Part shown: piece after piece, positions 12,342 to 26,008 of the stretch
Layout: every line of letters begins with the position of its first letter
Position numbering within the stretch: the stretch's first letter is position 1
Source of the DNA: Dimorphilus gyrociliatus
Taxonomy: Eukaryota; Animalia; Annelida
Reading direction: 5' to 3'
Assembly (NCBI GenBank): GCA_904063045.1
Contig: CAJFCJ010000011.1
Coordinates: 248,001-312,000, forward strand
Length of the DNA stretch: 64,000 nucleotides
Notes under the pieces: model-generated
The model's database searches: none
What the model saw: only the letters and a program-made list of their open reading frames with translations
Told to the model about the DNA's origin: nothing
Program-made: the position numbers and the translations under genes

Positions 12342-15300
12342 CTATGGAAATGTGGGCTTGTTGATAACGTGCCATAAAAATTTGAACAGAAATCTGTATT
12401 GTTCCTATAAGGAGAAGAAGATAAACTGGTTAAAATAATTATTTTAATTACAAGATTCTTTAAACACTTACATAATTGTTAATGATGTGAGGGCGACGTT
12501 TTTTAAGGCTTCGAACGGTATGGAAGACGTCGACGTTCATATCTTCTACAATCTGTTCATAGAGTATAACCAATGTTGCAAAAAATCCTGACTGTGTCGC
12601 TCCATCTACGCAATGTATTAGAATAGGTCTGTCCTTATTTGACCAATAATCTTCGACTAATTGTATTAACATTAGGCAACTTTCATAAGTTCCTGGTGTT
12701 TTTTCGTACATTTCCCAATCCTTTAATGGACAGTTATTTATGAATGAAGTGGAAATTTTACTATACGCTTACCGTAAATTCTATCCTATCAACAGTTCTT
12801 TCAATACCTCCTTTTTGAATTAAAAAGTTCTTTGTTTTTAGTAAATGAGTATCCATGACAGTTCCCTTGTTAGTAACACTAAGAGAATCACCGAATTTCC
12901 TCCTTTCACCCTCCGTTTCAGGAAAATAGAGAGCGCACGATTCCTCTTTATAATCAGTACTGTTCATGGCAATAATAACTTCTATTGATTCGTCAAAGAT
13001 TAATGTCCAGAAATCAGCTACCGTTGAACTTAATGGTGTTTGAGTGACAATCATCATCCTCTTTCGAACATGCGAATCAATATAAATAGCGTTAATGTAG
13101 TCATTTGGTGAGCTTCTCAATCTAGGTCTATGATGGTCTCTAGGTACAATACTTTCAAAACGATTTTTACTCTTATTAATAGTATTATTTGCAGTTAAAT
13201 GGTCTCCGTCAATTCTATCACAGAGACTTTCTATCACTTCGTACTGTTTTCGAAGAATACATCCGTTATTCAAATCGTCTTCCTTTGCAGTTAACAGCCT
13301 ATAAATATGTTTCATTTTAGCCTTATCCGCCTCTAGTTCGTAATACTCGGTTAATCCAGCCTCGAAGAGAATATCGTATAGAAATTTGTATTGGTTAAAA
13401 GTCCTAACCATCATCAATCTCTGATCTCGAAAGTTCTTGACAGTCTCATAAACATTAACAGCACCTTCCGAAGCTAATTGCCTCCATAATGATTCGGCAG
13501 CAATAAACACAGCGGATCTACTAACGCCTGTGGCACAATGAACAAGAATCGAATTCTCATATTCACTCGCCCTACGAACAGTTCTTAAAAAATTAAAGAA
13601 AGGAATAGCATCTTCCAATACGCCGTGATCGGACCATGCTGTAAATTGTAATTGGCGAACTTGACGTTGACCTTCAGAGCTAAATATCACAAAGGTTCTT
13701 GTTGTATAGTAGGCGAATACCAGCTCCTCAGTTGTTTGAACCTCAATATCATTGTATTCGATGTGCTCCCCTAATCTAGGCCAATAGCGTTCACATTTTG
13801 TCGCTTTAAAATCTTGTCGACTCTCTACCATAACAATAGTAGAAACACTTTCAGATTGAATCATAGACCAAAATGATTCGATGGTTTGAGGAGAATGGGG
13901 AGATTGAGCCAGTATGTATTCCCCAACCTCAGTTGGCTGTTGACCATACATATGTATGTAATTTGCATTTATATAAGTCGATTTATTTCTAAAGACTCCC
14001 TTGATACCCCCAAGTCTCTTATTTGGCAAAACGACAAGATTATAATCGTAGGGAAGGTAAAGGTCAAATCTATAATGCAATTAGGCTTATTTCAACTAAA
14101 TAGAAATGTAATTTAAAGTTAATACCTATTTCTTCCTCTATTGTCCTGACGCATAGCCTCTTTAATTTGGGAAGTTGGTTGCTTTGGTAGTCTATTCCAT
14201 TCTTCTGCAAAAGTTAGTGCCCCGTCTGATGGAACCTTTGCTGTAAGTAAGATTCTTCTACTTTGATTTGGATCAAAAGTATCTGTCCAATGTATGGGAA
14301 ACTTGATGTTGACCTTTTTAGTAGATTTTTGTAAGTGCTGTTTTTCGTAGTATTCAAGCCAAGTAGGACTTTCCTCTTTGGCTAATGTTTGTTTATCTTC
14401 TTTTATCTCAGATTTTCGACGACGGAAGCAGCAAAAATATATTATTAATATAATTAATAGAAGAAGTAAAAGAAAACCCAATACTGAGCAGATTATAATC
14501 CAAATGAGATTGTTATTCGAATCGTCATTTCCTACAACAGGGCCTAAAGTTGGTTCTTCTGGAGTTTTTGCAGTGGAAAATTCACTTTTCCTACTCTCAG
14601 ATGTTTTAGTTACTCCATCCAAGAACGATTCCAGAATCAAGCTAACGTTGTATTTAGAATTTGCTCTTAAAGCTAAATTAGGAATTTCACCGTGTAAATA
14701 TCAATATTAAACTGATAATAAAAAGTAAAATACCTTGATTCCTATAAATTCCATACAATTTATTATCTCCGATAACGAATGAAGTAGGAACTTGTAATAG
14801 GTTCGATTTCAAAGATGCGTATCTTTCCCCTTGAACAGTTATATAGTAATTGGATATTGGACCAGTTGTAATAACAGCAGGCAATAATTGAACACGAATC
14901 GTAGAATTTGTTGCATCCTGAAAAATTGGAGTGGCCGGTGGAGGTGGTTCTGCAATTTCTGTCCAAAATTCAGATGAAATTTTTTGACCATAACCAGCTT
15001 CCGTTGAAGCGGATATGGCTATTGTATACTGTGTTGCGTGAAACAGTTCGCATATTTCCGAACGGAGATTTCTGGTTGTATGAACTCTTATCTGTCTCTC
15101 TTGAGTACTATAGCTATAAAGAATTTCAGTTTCAATGCGATAGTTATTGAAAACGCCCGGAATGTAACTTGGCGCTCCCCAAGACAATTTAAAACATGTT
15201 TCGTTTGCAAAGTCCACCCTCGGAGTTTCAGGGGTGGAAGGTAGTCCTTGCAGTGTTTTAAACTTAAAATCCGGGCTTACACTACCGAATCCTGGATCTG

Positions 15301-17885
15301 TTCTAGCTTGAATTGATATCAAATATTCTGTGAAAGGTTTCAATTCAGTTATGTTGGCTACAAACGTTGAACCACTGACAGTTTGACTTAAGCTTGCTCC
15401 ATTAATCTTTCGCCAAGTAAGTCTAAACTGTTGAAGTACTCCGTTTATCTGTACTGGACTAGACCAAGATATAACGGCGGATATGTTAGATATAGATTCT
15501 ATTCTTAAAGCAGTAGGCTCTGATGGAAAATCCTGTTTTGTTTGAACAGATATTTTCGGAGTGTAGGGTCCTATCCCTGCAGAGTTAACGTAAGCTACTT
15601 GATATTCATAATTGGTATAGGGTTGAACGAAATTGCTATCAAGACTAAACTCTTCTGATTTTGTTGATTCCCTAATAGTCGATAAAGGAGATTTTATTAT
15701 TAGATCGTATCTAACAAGAACTCCATTCGTTAAGTTGCAATTTGGCTTCTTCCAAGTCAATGCCAATTTCCCTAAAATAAACGAAATTCTATAATCTTTT
15801 TATCATATTTTTGTACATTAGAATAACTACTTGCTCCTACTTCAACCTTCAGATCATTCACCTGTCCAATAGGTAGAGATTCGGGTGTTAAAATGTCAAT
15901 TGAATTTCCTTTACCTCGGCCAAATTCATTCTCCGCCTCAACAGTTACTGTATAACGAGACCAACCCGATAAATTCGAGAGTACAATACTAGTTGTTTGT
16001 CCATTGAAATAAATGATTTTAGGACTTTCATTTGAAATGATTTCACAACTTCCGAAACCAATCTTCTTATACGACACTCGATATTTTGTTATTGGTCGAT
16101 TCCTGACAGTAGGAGAATTCCAACTGATAGAGATCCTTCCATCATTTCCAACGAAACGATTTAAATTTCTAATAGCACCTGGTTCAGCGTCCAAAGTTAG
16201 GAATTGCACAAAATCCGACGATGGACCCTTTATCCAGCTATTAACAAATCTTATAGAAGTTTTATAGGAAGTGTGAAATTTCAAATCTGTTATGTTAACT
16301 GTTCTACTATTGGCTTCTATTGTCTTTTGAAAAACTACTCGATCACTCTCGTCTAAAGTAGTTATTTCATATCCTACAGCGTTACCATTGTAATCGGAAC
16401 AATCAATCAGCGTCCACTCAACTAAGGCATAAAAGGTGTCAACTTTGAGTATTTGAATATTTTCTGGGAATTTTTCAGGAACTTTTGGAGCAGTTGAAAA
16501 TTCCGTTTCAGTTTCATTACCCAAACCAATCCGATTTTTAGCTGCTAATCTAAGCTGATACTTTGTAAAACTATTCAAAAGATTTGGGACTATTCGATAA
16601 GAAGTAGAAGGCGGAATATCTATTTTAATAGGCCTTTTGTTGAAAGTGTAGTCGGCCGGGCATGCTAGTAAGGCAATCGGTTCGTATATGATCTGGTAAC
16701 CCTTAAGCGGCAGGTCAGATATACTTGGCTGCCAGAATACAACCGCAGATCCGCTTTGATCAATTACAACAGTTAAATTACTAATTGCAGAGGGTGGAGA
16801 TGGCGGAATTGTTGTGGTTGGAACTGTTGTCTCCATTTCAGTCGTTGTAGGTTCTTGTGTAGTTAATGGAACTGTTGTGGGAATGATAGGCTTAGTTGTT
16901 GTAAATTTGCTTGTTACTTTGGTTGTGGAGGTAGTTTTAGTTTTCGTTGTACTCCACGACGACGAGGAGGATTTAATAGGTTGAGTAGTTAAAACAGTGG
17001 TAGTTGGTGTTGCGGTAGTTAAAATTTCGCATGATGGTAAAGAAAAAGCAACATTCGATGGTCCTGATAATCCGATCTGTTCTTTTCCGTTATCGTCAAG
17101 GTTTGTAAGAATACGGTATCTATATTCTGTGTAGAATAATAGTCCACTGTTTAATAGTTGATGATATTCGGTTACATTCGGATTATGGATCCTCTTTAAT
17201 AAATTCAACCACGCCGATCCGTTTAAACTTTGCTGCAGCACATATGATGAAATAAATGGTGAACCAATATCAGTTATCTGATTCCAAGCCTTCCAAACTA
17301 CTTTGAATGATTTACAACTGAGGTTTCTAATCTCTGGTGGAGTTGTTAACTTGGGTAATCCTAAAAAAATATTGTCATATCACTTTACCGATAGATTTCA
17401 TTAGGTATGACTAACTTATCTGACATCCTGCTCCGTACCATTGAGGATCGCACGAATTATCCATACAATGTCCATTATTTGGCAGGCAAACAACTCCTAT
17501 TTTACAATGGCAATCATACTCGCAATTAGCCCCAAATTTTCCAATTGAGCATGGAGTCTCGCAACAAGGTGGATCTTTAAAACCAGGCGCGCAAGTTGTA
17601 CAGAATCTCTGATCAGAACTGCAATCTCTGGGTAATTCCCCGGCACAATTGCAGGCTGATGTACAATTCGGGCAGATACCCAAGACGCAAGATCCAATAC
17701 CTTTTTTATTAATTTGTTTATCAAAATACAGTATATTGATATAAATATCATGTTTACATTGACTTAAAGAAATAGATTATTATTAATTAAATATATATAA
17801 TACCTTGTTGACAATTACAATTTGGGATGATGATAAGAAGAAGCTGTATATCAATTAAAAATAGTAAAAACCGACTAAATTGCAT
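12342..17885 (-). CDS. Receptor-type protein tyrosine phosphatase: signal peptide, EGF-like Cys-rich repeats, FN3 array with a mucin-like insert, TM helix, tandem PTP D1/D2
   Basis: ATG 17885 gives MQFSRFLLFLIDIQLLLIIIPNCNCQQG (an in-frame ATG also exists at 17948). Cys-rich CPNCTSACNC and CSIGKFGANCEYDCHC, several FN3 repeats, TM LIWIIICSVLGFLLLLLLIILIIYFCCF, D1 RNRY/YINANY/HCATGVSRS, D2 KNRF/HCVDGATQSG. Last exon EQYRFLFKFLWHVINKPTFP-TAG. Confidence 0.9.
16790..17025 (-). repeat. Thr/Ser/Pro-rich mucin-like low-complexity coding segment inside the RPTP ectodomain
   Basis: Translation TTATPTTTVLTTQPIKSSSSSWSTTKTKTTSTTKVTSKFTTTKPIIPTTVPLTTQEPTTTEMETTVPTTTIPPSPP. Confidence 0.85.
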
Positions 17886-19366
17886 AGCTAAAAGCCGCGC
17901 GTTACGACTAGTTTGGTTATCGATTAGCGTTTCCATAGGCGGCAACATAAATTCGATACGAGCCTTTAATCCGTAAGAAAAACTTTTTAATGAGCGGATT
18001 TTTAACGTAAATACACTCTTTAGAAATTATATAATTCAAAAAAATCGAATGGAATGCGTATGGTATTCTATTAAATTGAATAATAATGAAAATTTTCTTT
18101 AGGGTGTACTTATTTAATGTATACTTTGACTTTTAGCCGTAAAGGTAAGCGTTACTTAAGAAAATTACCTTGTTTAATGAAAGCGCCACCTACCTAATGT
18201 TGAAAACTTTAGAAATGTAGATGGCACTATTTCTATGAAAACGTTTCATTTAGCTTAATATATCAGTAAAAAAAACAGCTACAGAGAATGTTTTCCACTG
18301 TTTTTTTTTAAAAAAATATATTAGATTCGTTTATTTTTAGTAAAAATTCTCAAGTTGACATAATTTAAAACATTTTTTATCTTGATTAATTACAATTTAT
18401 AAAGCAAGGACGATATATATATATATATATATAATTCATATATAAATTTATATAGAAACGGCAACACAATACTGATATATTAACCCTTAATAATTTTTAA
18501 AAAGGTATAATCAATAAAAAATGTGTTTGACGTCATAATCAAGAATTTATATAGAATCAAAGCAGCTGACGACGACTTTAAAATGTCTATCATACACACC
18601 GCCTTTCATTAAGGCAACTATATTTAAAAACAAATTAATTAGTACTCAAAAGTAGATAATCCTATTGTGACAAACAACAAAATTTTTTCCGATAAATAAT
18701 CACATGTCTTAATTATCGATAAATGAAACTAATGACACATATTTTGGATAACTAATTAAAGTATGTTCATCATTAATTGATATATATATGATTTGTTAAG
18801 AATGCAGTAAACTTGGTTTAAAACCCATTGTCCTTGTTAAATTGGATAGCATAAAAAAAAAAGGAAAAAAAGACAACACAAGGTTTTAGATCAAAAAAAG
18901 AGCTTAAAAAAATATAAGTTTATTGAATCATTTGCTAGAAAACCATTAATACTTTTTGTCTAAAATCAAAAAAAAAAAAAAGAAATTGCGCAAGATTTCA
19001 ACCGCAATTTTCAAATTCTCTCGCAAAGACATCTGCGTATCTTTTTCTGAGTATATATTCAAAAATGAAAATCTACATAATATACATGAACAGATGCTTT
19101 TTTTTGTTGTTTTGTTTTCAAAAAAAATAGAGCAAGGGAGAGATAGGAGAGAGAGAGAGAGAAAGAAAGTGAGAGAGTGTATGTGAAACAAGGGCTCTTA
19201 GCACTATTCCTAACTTTATAAAATCATGGAAAAACCAATTTTAAGCATACATCAAAAAGTAATCAATATGATAAAACCGGAAAAACGCTTGGAAATTCAA
19301 TTTTATAACTTGTTGTTGTTTTTGTTCTTGTTGTTGTTGTAATAAGATTATTCCAATAAATTTCCT

Positions 19367-21161
19367 TCATGTTGTCAATCCGTTTTCAATCCGACTGACT
19401 TTCAGTGTTGCAAAATATATAGCTCGAATTAAACATAATATCCCAAATACGTAGGCACCTGCGAATTTTTTGTTTTTTTTTGTTTAAAGAAAAATAAAAT
19501 TCTTCCGTTAGGACACATGACGATGTTAATAAAATAAATTCAGCCTACCTATCCATATGACATATATTCCAGGCGATCTTCTTGCTATTCTGTACGTTCC
19601 GACCTATTGATTATGAGTAGAAATTATAATTATAATAGAAATTATTGAATTAATAGCATATTATGTAATTTTATATTTTATAAAATACTAACCGTTACTC
19701 CAATACCAAGAATTATGAGAAACAAACCAATGATTGCAAACAAAATAGCTCGACTTCTAGCGTAGCTAGGTCCAACAGACGAGACTCTTCTACAATGCGG
19801 ACATCTTGCCAAAGCTCTATTAGTTATATTAAACTGAATAGAATAAAAAAATCTTATTAATCCTTATCATAGATATTTTACATCTAATCTATTATATTAC
19901 ATTAAAAAAACAACTTTATAATTATTTCGTCATACAATTGCTAAAATAATATTAATTACCAAAAAGGAATCTTGACAATGAACGCAAGTTACACGATTGG
20001 TACCCGGAGTCCTTTGCCTGGTATTAGGAGCAGCTGGATTTCCCAAATTAATAATTCTTTTGCTAATAAGAAAATAAAACATTAATATCATTTACTTTTA
20101 ATTTATACTATTTTAAAGATATTACCAGTTATTTCTCGGACAGGCTATTCTTTGTGACGATCCTTTACAAATTAGCAAGCAATTACAAGGGCATCGAACG
20201 TATTTCTTTCCAGGTGGAGCGGCTTTTATGGGCTGTTTAATCACAAAATAATACATATATATATATATTTATATATAGATATCTAAACAAATGGCCATCT
20301 ATAAGTTCATCATTTTAATCATAAGATAAAAAAGCAAACAAAGGTGACGTTCAATGGAATTGAAATCGAGTATATATATTGTTAGATAATCATCTCTTCT
20401 CTCTTTTTTCCACTATAGAGTAAGGATTATTATAAAATTTGACGTATTATAACATATCTATCAAAACAATAAATTTGACTATTAAATAGGTAATAAAGCC
20501 TTACGGCTTTAAAAAAAAATGTATTCATTTATCAACATGTTAGATATCTAGGACACTCTCTTGAATTCTACTTAATTTTAATAGAATACTATCTACAAAT
20601 AACTTTAGTTGGAATACCTTTCTTAGAACCTTCTTTGAATAATAATGAATAATTTTCAATGCGTAAACAAGTATTTTATACATTAAATTCACTCCTGCTT
20701 TGCTTGTTACGTGTTAAATTTAACTTTTAATTTAACTCATGCAACTATTAATATGACTTGTTAGTATATTTCAAGTGGATAATCAAGGTTAAACTTACTG
20801 TTGCCTCATTGCAGACACTACATTTGACGACATGTTGATGAGCTTTACCGTCTATATTTATCATCGATTGACAAACCTGAACAAAGTCAAAATTAACTTT
20901 TAAATTAATTGCTTTATTAGAATTTTCATTACTTTGCAGTTGATCATTGGTACGGCACCCGCCGTTGATGGAGAATACGGAGGAGGGAGATCATCATGCT
21001 CCAGAGGGGCTACAGTTACTGTAGGGCCTATGAAAAAACATAATTCTTCATTAAGCATTCATTATCATGTTCAATCATTATTTACCGGAAGGAATTTGAG
21101 AATATTCTGGAGGAGAAGTTTGTAAAAGAGGACTTCTCTCGTCGTTGTTTGCGTCGGCCAT
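19367..21161 (-). CDS. TMEM55: PtdIns(4,5)P2 4-phosphatase family protein TMEM55 (PIP4P1/PIP4P2 homolog), 8 short exons absent from the ORF track
   Basis: Spliced by eye: [14 protein letters not shown]..., LPPPYSP..VPMINCK|[26 protein letters not shown]|[31 protein letters not shown]|[19 protein letters not shown]|..[14 protein letters not shown], then two TM helices and TGA at 19367. These are the TMEM55 hallmark motifs. Confidence 0.93.
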
Positions 21162-21170
21162 TTTTAGTCC

Positions 21171-21194
21171 GTCATGTGATCAAAGTCACGTGCA
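21171..21194. promoter_or_regulatory. Tandem M-box (GTCATGTGAT) and CLEAR-like E-box (GTCACGTGCA) just upstream of the TMEM55 start codon
   Basis: The sequence gtcatgtgat-caaa-gtcacgtgca lies 10-33 nt from the ATG at 21161 and matches MiT/TFE site consensus. Confidence 0.5.
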
Positions 21195-21350
21195 ACAGAT
21201 GGCGCTGTTAACAATTTTCTTAAATCTAGGCCTACTGCTGTTATTATATATATTCTAATTCCATCACATGATTATTTGTATTCATATTAAAAGTGTAATA
21301 AACTATATTTTCTCTTATTTTTAATCAAGAGCAATAGAATATACATACAA

Positions 21351-21374
21351 TATATATATATATATATATATATA
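21351..21374. repeat. (TA)n microsatellite
   Basis: About 12 perfect TA units. Similar tracts occur near 5277, 9211, 18414 and 23861-23884. Confidence 0.95.
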
Positions 21375-21648
21375 TTGTTATTTTCGTATATTAAAGAAAT
21401 GTTAGTACAGTGTATATAGTTAAAAAAATGTCTCTTCAAGAATACAAAGATATAGTCTAGATCTCGTTGGGTTTAGTTCTTGAACGTTTATTTTATGAAA
21501 CATTAATAAACTGTAATTTATAATCCATTTAAGAACATTTCTCTTATTTTTTATATTTTGCAGTTTCTCAAGAATTTTATACCTAAACTTTTGAAATCAA
21601 TCTGTAATAATTTTATTAAAATGTTTCTTTCATTCTCTGTTTCCTTGT

Positions 21649-23103
21649 TCAGCTTTCTTCGCAAATTTTACATCTAACCAGACCATTTTCATCACAGACA
21701 ACGCATTTTAAATCGCAAAGTTCGTCTGTAAAATGATTCCGTTTTAAGGATTTCTTACTACCGGAACATATTTGGCAAGGAACTAGACGATAACCTCCGC
21801 ATACGCTACACTTTGAAGGCTTTTCAATTTTCTATAAATAGAATTATATATATATATATAATAGTATATAATAAATACAACAATTAAAATAGTTTGTTAC
21901 CTTAAAATGTTTAAAAATCTGTCTTAGCTTTCCCGTTTCGTTAATGCTTTCCAATTCGTCACTAGACTAAGTAAATATTACAGTCAATAGGAAGTAACAT
22001 GATATAAGCCTACTGTTTGGCGTTTAATTGCAATTGCTTTGTTTGAGACTGTATGATTTAGTGCATGTTTTTCATTTTTGCGTCTACATTAGTTTATAGC
22101 TGATACAATTGCATAAAAAATAAAAGCACTAGAAAGAAGGGACAAACCAAGTCCTGTTTGTTTGATTGTTTTTCTTTAAAGATGTTTAAGATTACGTTTA
22201 TCGCGTAAAATTCAATCGCCAAACTAACTCTAAGACGGTTTAAGATTAAAAATAACTGAAAACTAACTCCTAAGTGTTGTCCATCAGCGTATATTTGTGG
22301 TAGAACAACCTGATCGGTGCCTAATCGCTCCAGTAACTCCTTCTGGTATTCTTTCGACATGAACAGGTCTTTCTCTTCAAATTCAACCATATGATTTTGT
22401 AGGATCATTCTTGCCTGATTAAATTCAAAGGTTATATAGACTACAAGCAATTTGTTCCAAACAAATGATTTTTATATGAATAATAACCTTTTTACATTTT
22501 TCATGCGTTCTTCTAACGATGGTGACGCTCGTTGTAAACATAACAATTCGACCTTTTTCTAACAGCCTATAATTCTGCAAAAGTAATCAATACTTATTCT
22601 TTTTACAACATATGTGACAACAACATTACAGTAAATGCAGCATGAATGAATCCTTGTTATGTAGGAGAGAATTAAAAATTATATATTATTCTTACCTTAC
22701 TCTTATCAATACCATCTGAGATAAAGGTGGCTATTCCTGCTCTGACTCGGTCTTTCACACCTCTTATCGTTCCTTTTCGACTAACAATTTTTATATCATG
22801 AAGACTTTCTGGTTTCATGACATCTCCTCTACTGCCGGCAAAAGTTCGGTCTTTTTTTGTTGGATCCACTCCGTGCTGTTCATTAACGAAGAATTCGGGA
22901 ATCCGTATCCGATTTGCCGGCTTCGGTGCAACCGGCGGTGGAACGGATTCCGTCATGATGTCTTGATTGTTAGCCTTCAATACTGAACCGTCCGTAGAAT
23001 TTCTTAAAGTAAATTTTCCTGCAGATTTAGGACGATAGCAGCGTCTCCCGCTTAGACGGTGGGACTGAGAGGCGTTTAAACCAGAGGGCGTGGTCGTTTC
23101 CAT
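21649..23103 (-). CDS. GRXCR1: Glutaredoxin domain-containing cysteine-rich protein
   Basis: Exons give GTIRGVKDRVRAGIATF, EKGRIVMFTTSVTIVRRTHEKC, FEEKDLFMSKEYQKELLERL..VLPQIYADGQHLG and a C-terminal Cys-rich CSVCGGYRLVPCQICSGSKKS..LKCVVCDENGLVRCKIC, with TGA at 21649. Confidence 0.88.
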
Positions 23104-23858
23104 ATAATTTAATCCACCCGTAGAGAAAAAAGAAAATAATGTTTAAACTATATATACACACTTTATCGTTTAAACTCCAAAAGAATTTATACGGTCTAAT
23201 AAAGCACGTTTTCTCCACACAATCTTAAAGCCTATATTCCGATAAGGAACGGGTTATAAAACGTTTTTTCTTTTATTTCTATCCTATCTTGTTTGCATGC
23301 TGTCATTTCACTATTAAGTGTATTTTAACGTCCCTTTCTCATGTCGGAGCCGCAATGTTAAACGCCTACGCGAGAGCTGTTCAAAAAATATGAAATTTCG
23401 AATATGGCTTCCTTTTAAACGCATAATTTCTTTTCGCGTAATCGATAGATTAAGGCCTATTTTGAGACGGCGCCTATTATTAAACCCAAATCAATGACGT
23501 AGAACATTATACATTCTATATATTCTTTCACACTCTTATAGAGCACTCTTAATGTTGAAGATGATTCATGAAACAAATCAATATATCTATGGTAAATATT
23601 ATCAATTGAACCCACAAGCCAGATTTTTAAATATCTAGTCCTTACCCCCTACTGGGTCAATCTTTCGGCAAACATTAAAGATTTAAACCAACCTTTAATC
23701 ATAATTGATTTTATTCCTGGAATGTATGATAGAATCCTTCTCAATTAATTTTTAATTACATCGAATTTCAAAACTTGTAAGTTTGATGTTCAAGCAGCAA
23801 TCTGCCTTTAGCGTCTGGATTAGAAGTAAGATTATATATATAGGAGTATAAATATAGG

Positions 23859-23892
<34 letters not shown>

Positions 23893-24647
23893 GATTGTAT
23901 TAGTATCAAACTGTTTAGCCAATCTTTAAATCGAATTACTTACTCTAGTTAAAATTGATCGCCGATATTGTTTGTTATGACAAACTCTTACTTCTAGAAA
24001 GGAGAAGGCCGTAACGAAGGATAAAAATTGAACGAAAAAAACTCCATAGTGTCATACAAAATGCTAAAATGATATAAAGGCCAGACTTTAACCACGCTTA
24101 ACAAAAAAAAAGGGAAAAACTACAACAATAGAAAATGTATAGAGAGAGTATTGTTCAATTTTTTTTTTCAATACACATTTAATCAATTTCAAGACTTCCC
24201 TACTTCTTTTATTCCTTTTGCCCTTTATACTAGTTTTACTTTCTATATATTTGAATATTGTATCAAATCATTTCTTATCGAGTACGTAAAAATTTTTCCC
24301 AATTTTTCCGATAGGAGCATTGACCTATAATATTTTTTTTTCAAGATAACATTCCTTATTTATTTTACTATTCTCATTACCAGATACAATATGCCAGTAG
24401 AGATATATATTCTCTTTATCCCTTGTTAAAATCTTTATTGTTACAATAAGATTTTACATGCCTTTTTCTTGTAATTCTAACTAAATAGTTTTATTTAAAG
24501 TTGGGAAAGCAATTAATATATACAGTATACAGTTTTTCGATAAAGTTCGTGGTCGTATTCTTAAAGTTTATAGGCTTAAAGTCTCCTAAAATAGTTACAA
24601 TTTTGTCACAATTTATACGCCATCTAAAGCAAGATATTAATCGGACG

Positions 24648-25228
24648 TTACTCCGTAAAGTCAATTAATTCATACGATCGATCTATTTCTTTTAGAAATT
24701 TAAGAACATCTGACGTTTTTACGGAAGTTGAGGCAGCATTGGTCATTGGGTGAAAAAGTACAAAGTCTTCTTTCAATAGAGATGAATCAATTAGTACTTT
24801 AACTTCTTTTCTTGTATCGTTTAATAAGGCAAAAATTGTCACACAGCCCTGTTTAACACCAAGCTTTTCTTCAAGAATCGCTTCGCTTGCCAATCTTAAC
24901 CCTCCCGCAGCTTTAATCTTTTTTGCTAAACTATTCAAATTTATGATAGTATCATGCTTAGCGGCTACCAACCAGAGATTGCGTTTTTTCTTATCATTAA
25001 TAAAGAGATTTTTTGCAACTGTTCCAACTTTTCCATCTAAAAATCTTAACATATCCTCTACCGTAAAGGCCTATTGGTATAAAAATATATTGAAATATTT
25101 CAATTGGGTGGATAATTACGTATATTGTAAATTTTCATTACTTCTTCATGATCGTATGTTTGCGTTTCAATATTCATCTCATCTAGTAACTTCATAAGAT
25201 TTTCTCTTGTTAAACACTTTCCTTCCAT
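24648..25228 (-). CDS. PRORSD1: Prolyl-tRNA synthetase-associated (PrdX/YbaK-like) deacylase, 2 exons
   Basis: MEGKCLTRENLMKLLDEMNIETQTYDHEE|AFTVEDM..KNLFINDKKK..LRLASE..LEEKLGVKQGCVTIFALLND..FHPMTNAAS. Confidence 0.88.
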
Positions 25229-26008
25229 TTAGCGTAATTTTTCTAATTGATTACGTACTTTAAATGTATATTAGCTGGAAAATACATTAAAAATAATTAA
25301 AGATAGTTTTATATAATAAAACATATATTTAACTATTTGAATTTACTTAAATAGCTATTTTAAACCCGAAATGGTAGCCTCTTCCCTCCCCGCCCTCTCA
25401 TAATGTATAAAAATAGAAACAACTATGCCATACATTCTATTAAATAGGATTCTAGCTATGAATAAAATATATTTATAGTGCAATGCTTTTGTCATTGTTC
25501 TATGACAATCTTTTATAAGATTTAAAATGATATCAAATGATTTGATTTTGAACGAATTATCGCTCATCTTGTTTAATCGTTCAAGTATAAGCGGTAAAAA
25601 GCATGTAATTTCAGTCTTGAATAAAAATCTTAGTTTGATATTACTTGTTCTTGTTATTTGATAGTTTATTTAAGATAAGGTTTATAAATAAGCCGCCTAA
25701 AAGCTATTCGGCAATCTGATTTGTCTTGAATGAACTGCCGGATATCCGGGGAATGGAAGCTGAGGCAGCGCCATCTTCATGTGATTAGCGCTTTGTGTAT
25801 TTGTTTTTTAAATATGAAAATACTTTAGATACAGATCCTCCAGGTAATTACAAACTTTAATAGCATGTATATCTATACTTGAATCGACTATTTGTAATTG
25901 AAATTTGAAAAAGAATTGATTGTTGAGCATATTTTGACATTTCTACTTGTACAGACACGCATGCCCTGTATCGAACGTCACTGAAACAACGTTTAAAAAC
26001 ATAACGTT

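Noticed and set aside
18946-19191. Overlapping ORFs on both strands
   Set aside because: They arise from A/T runs and GA repeats in the TMEM55 3' region and are low-complexity artefacts.
23535-24000. Possible extra exons upstream of GRXCR1
   Set aside because: Splice-like signals exist, but I could not build a consistent reading frame. They may be UTR exons.
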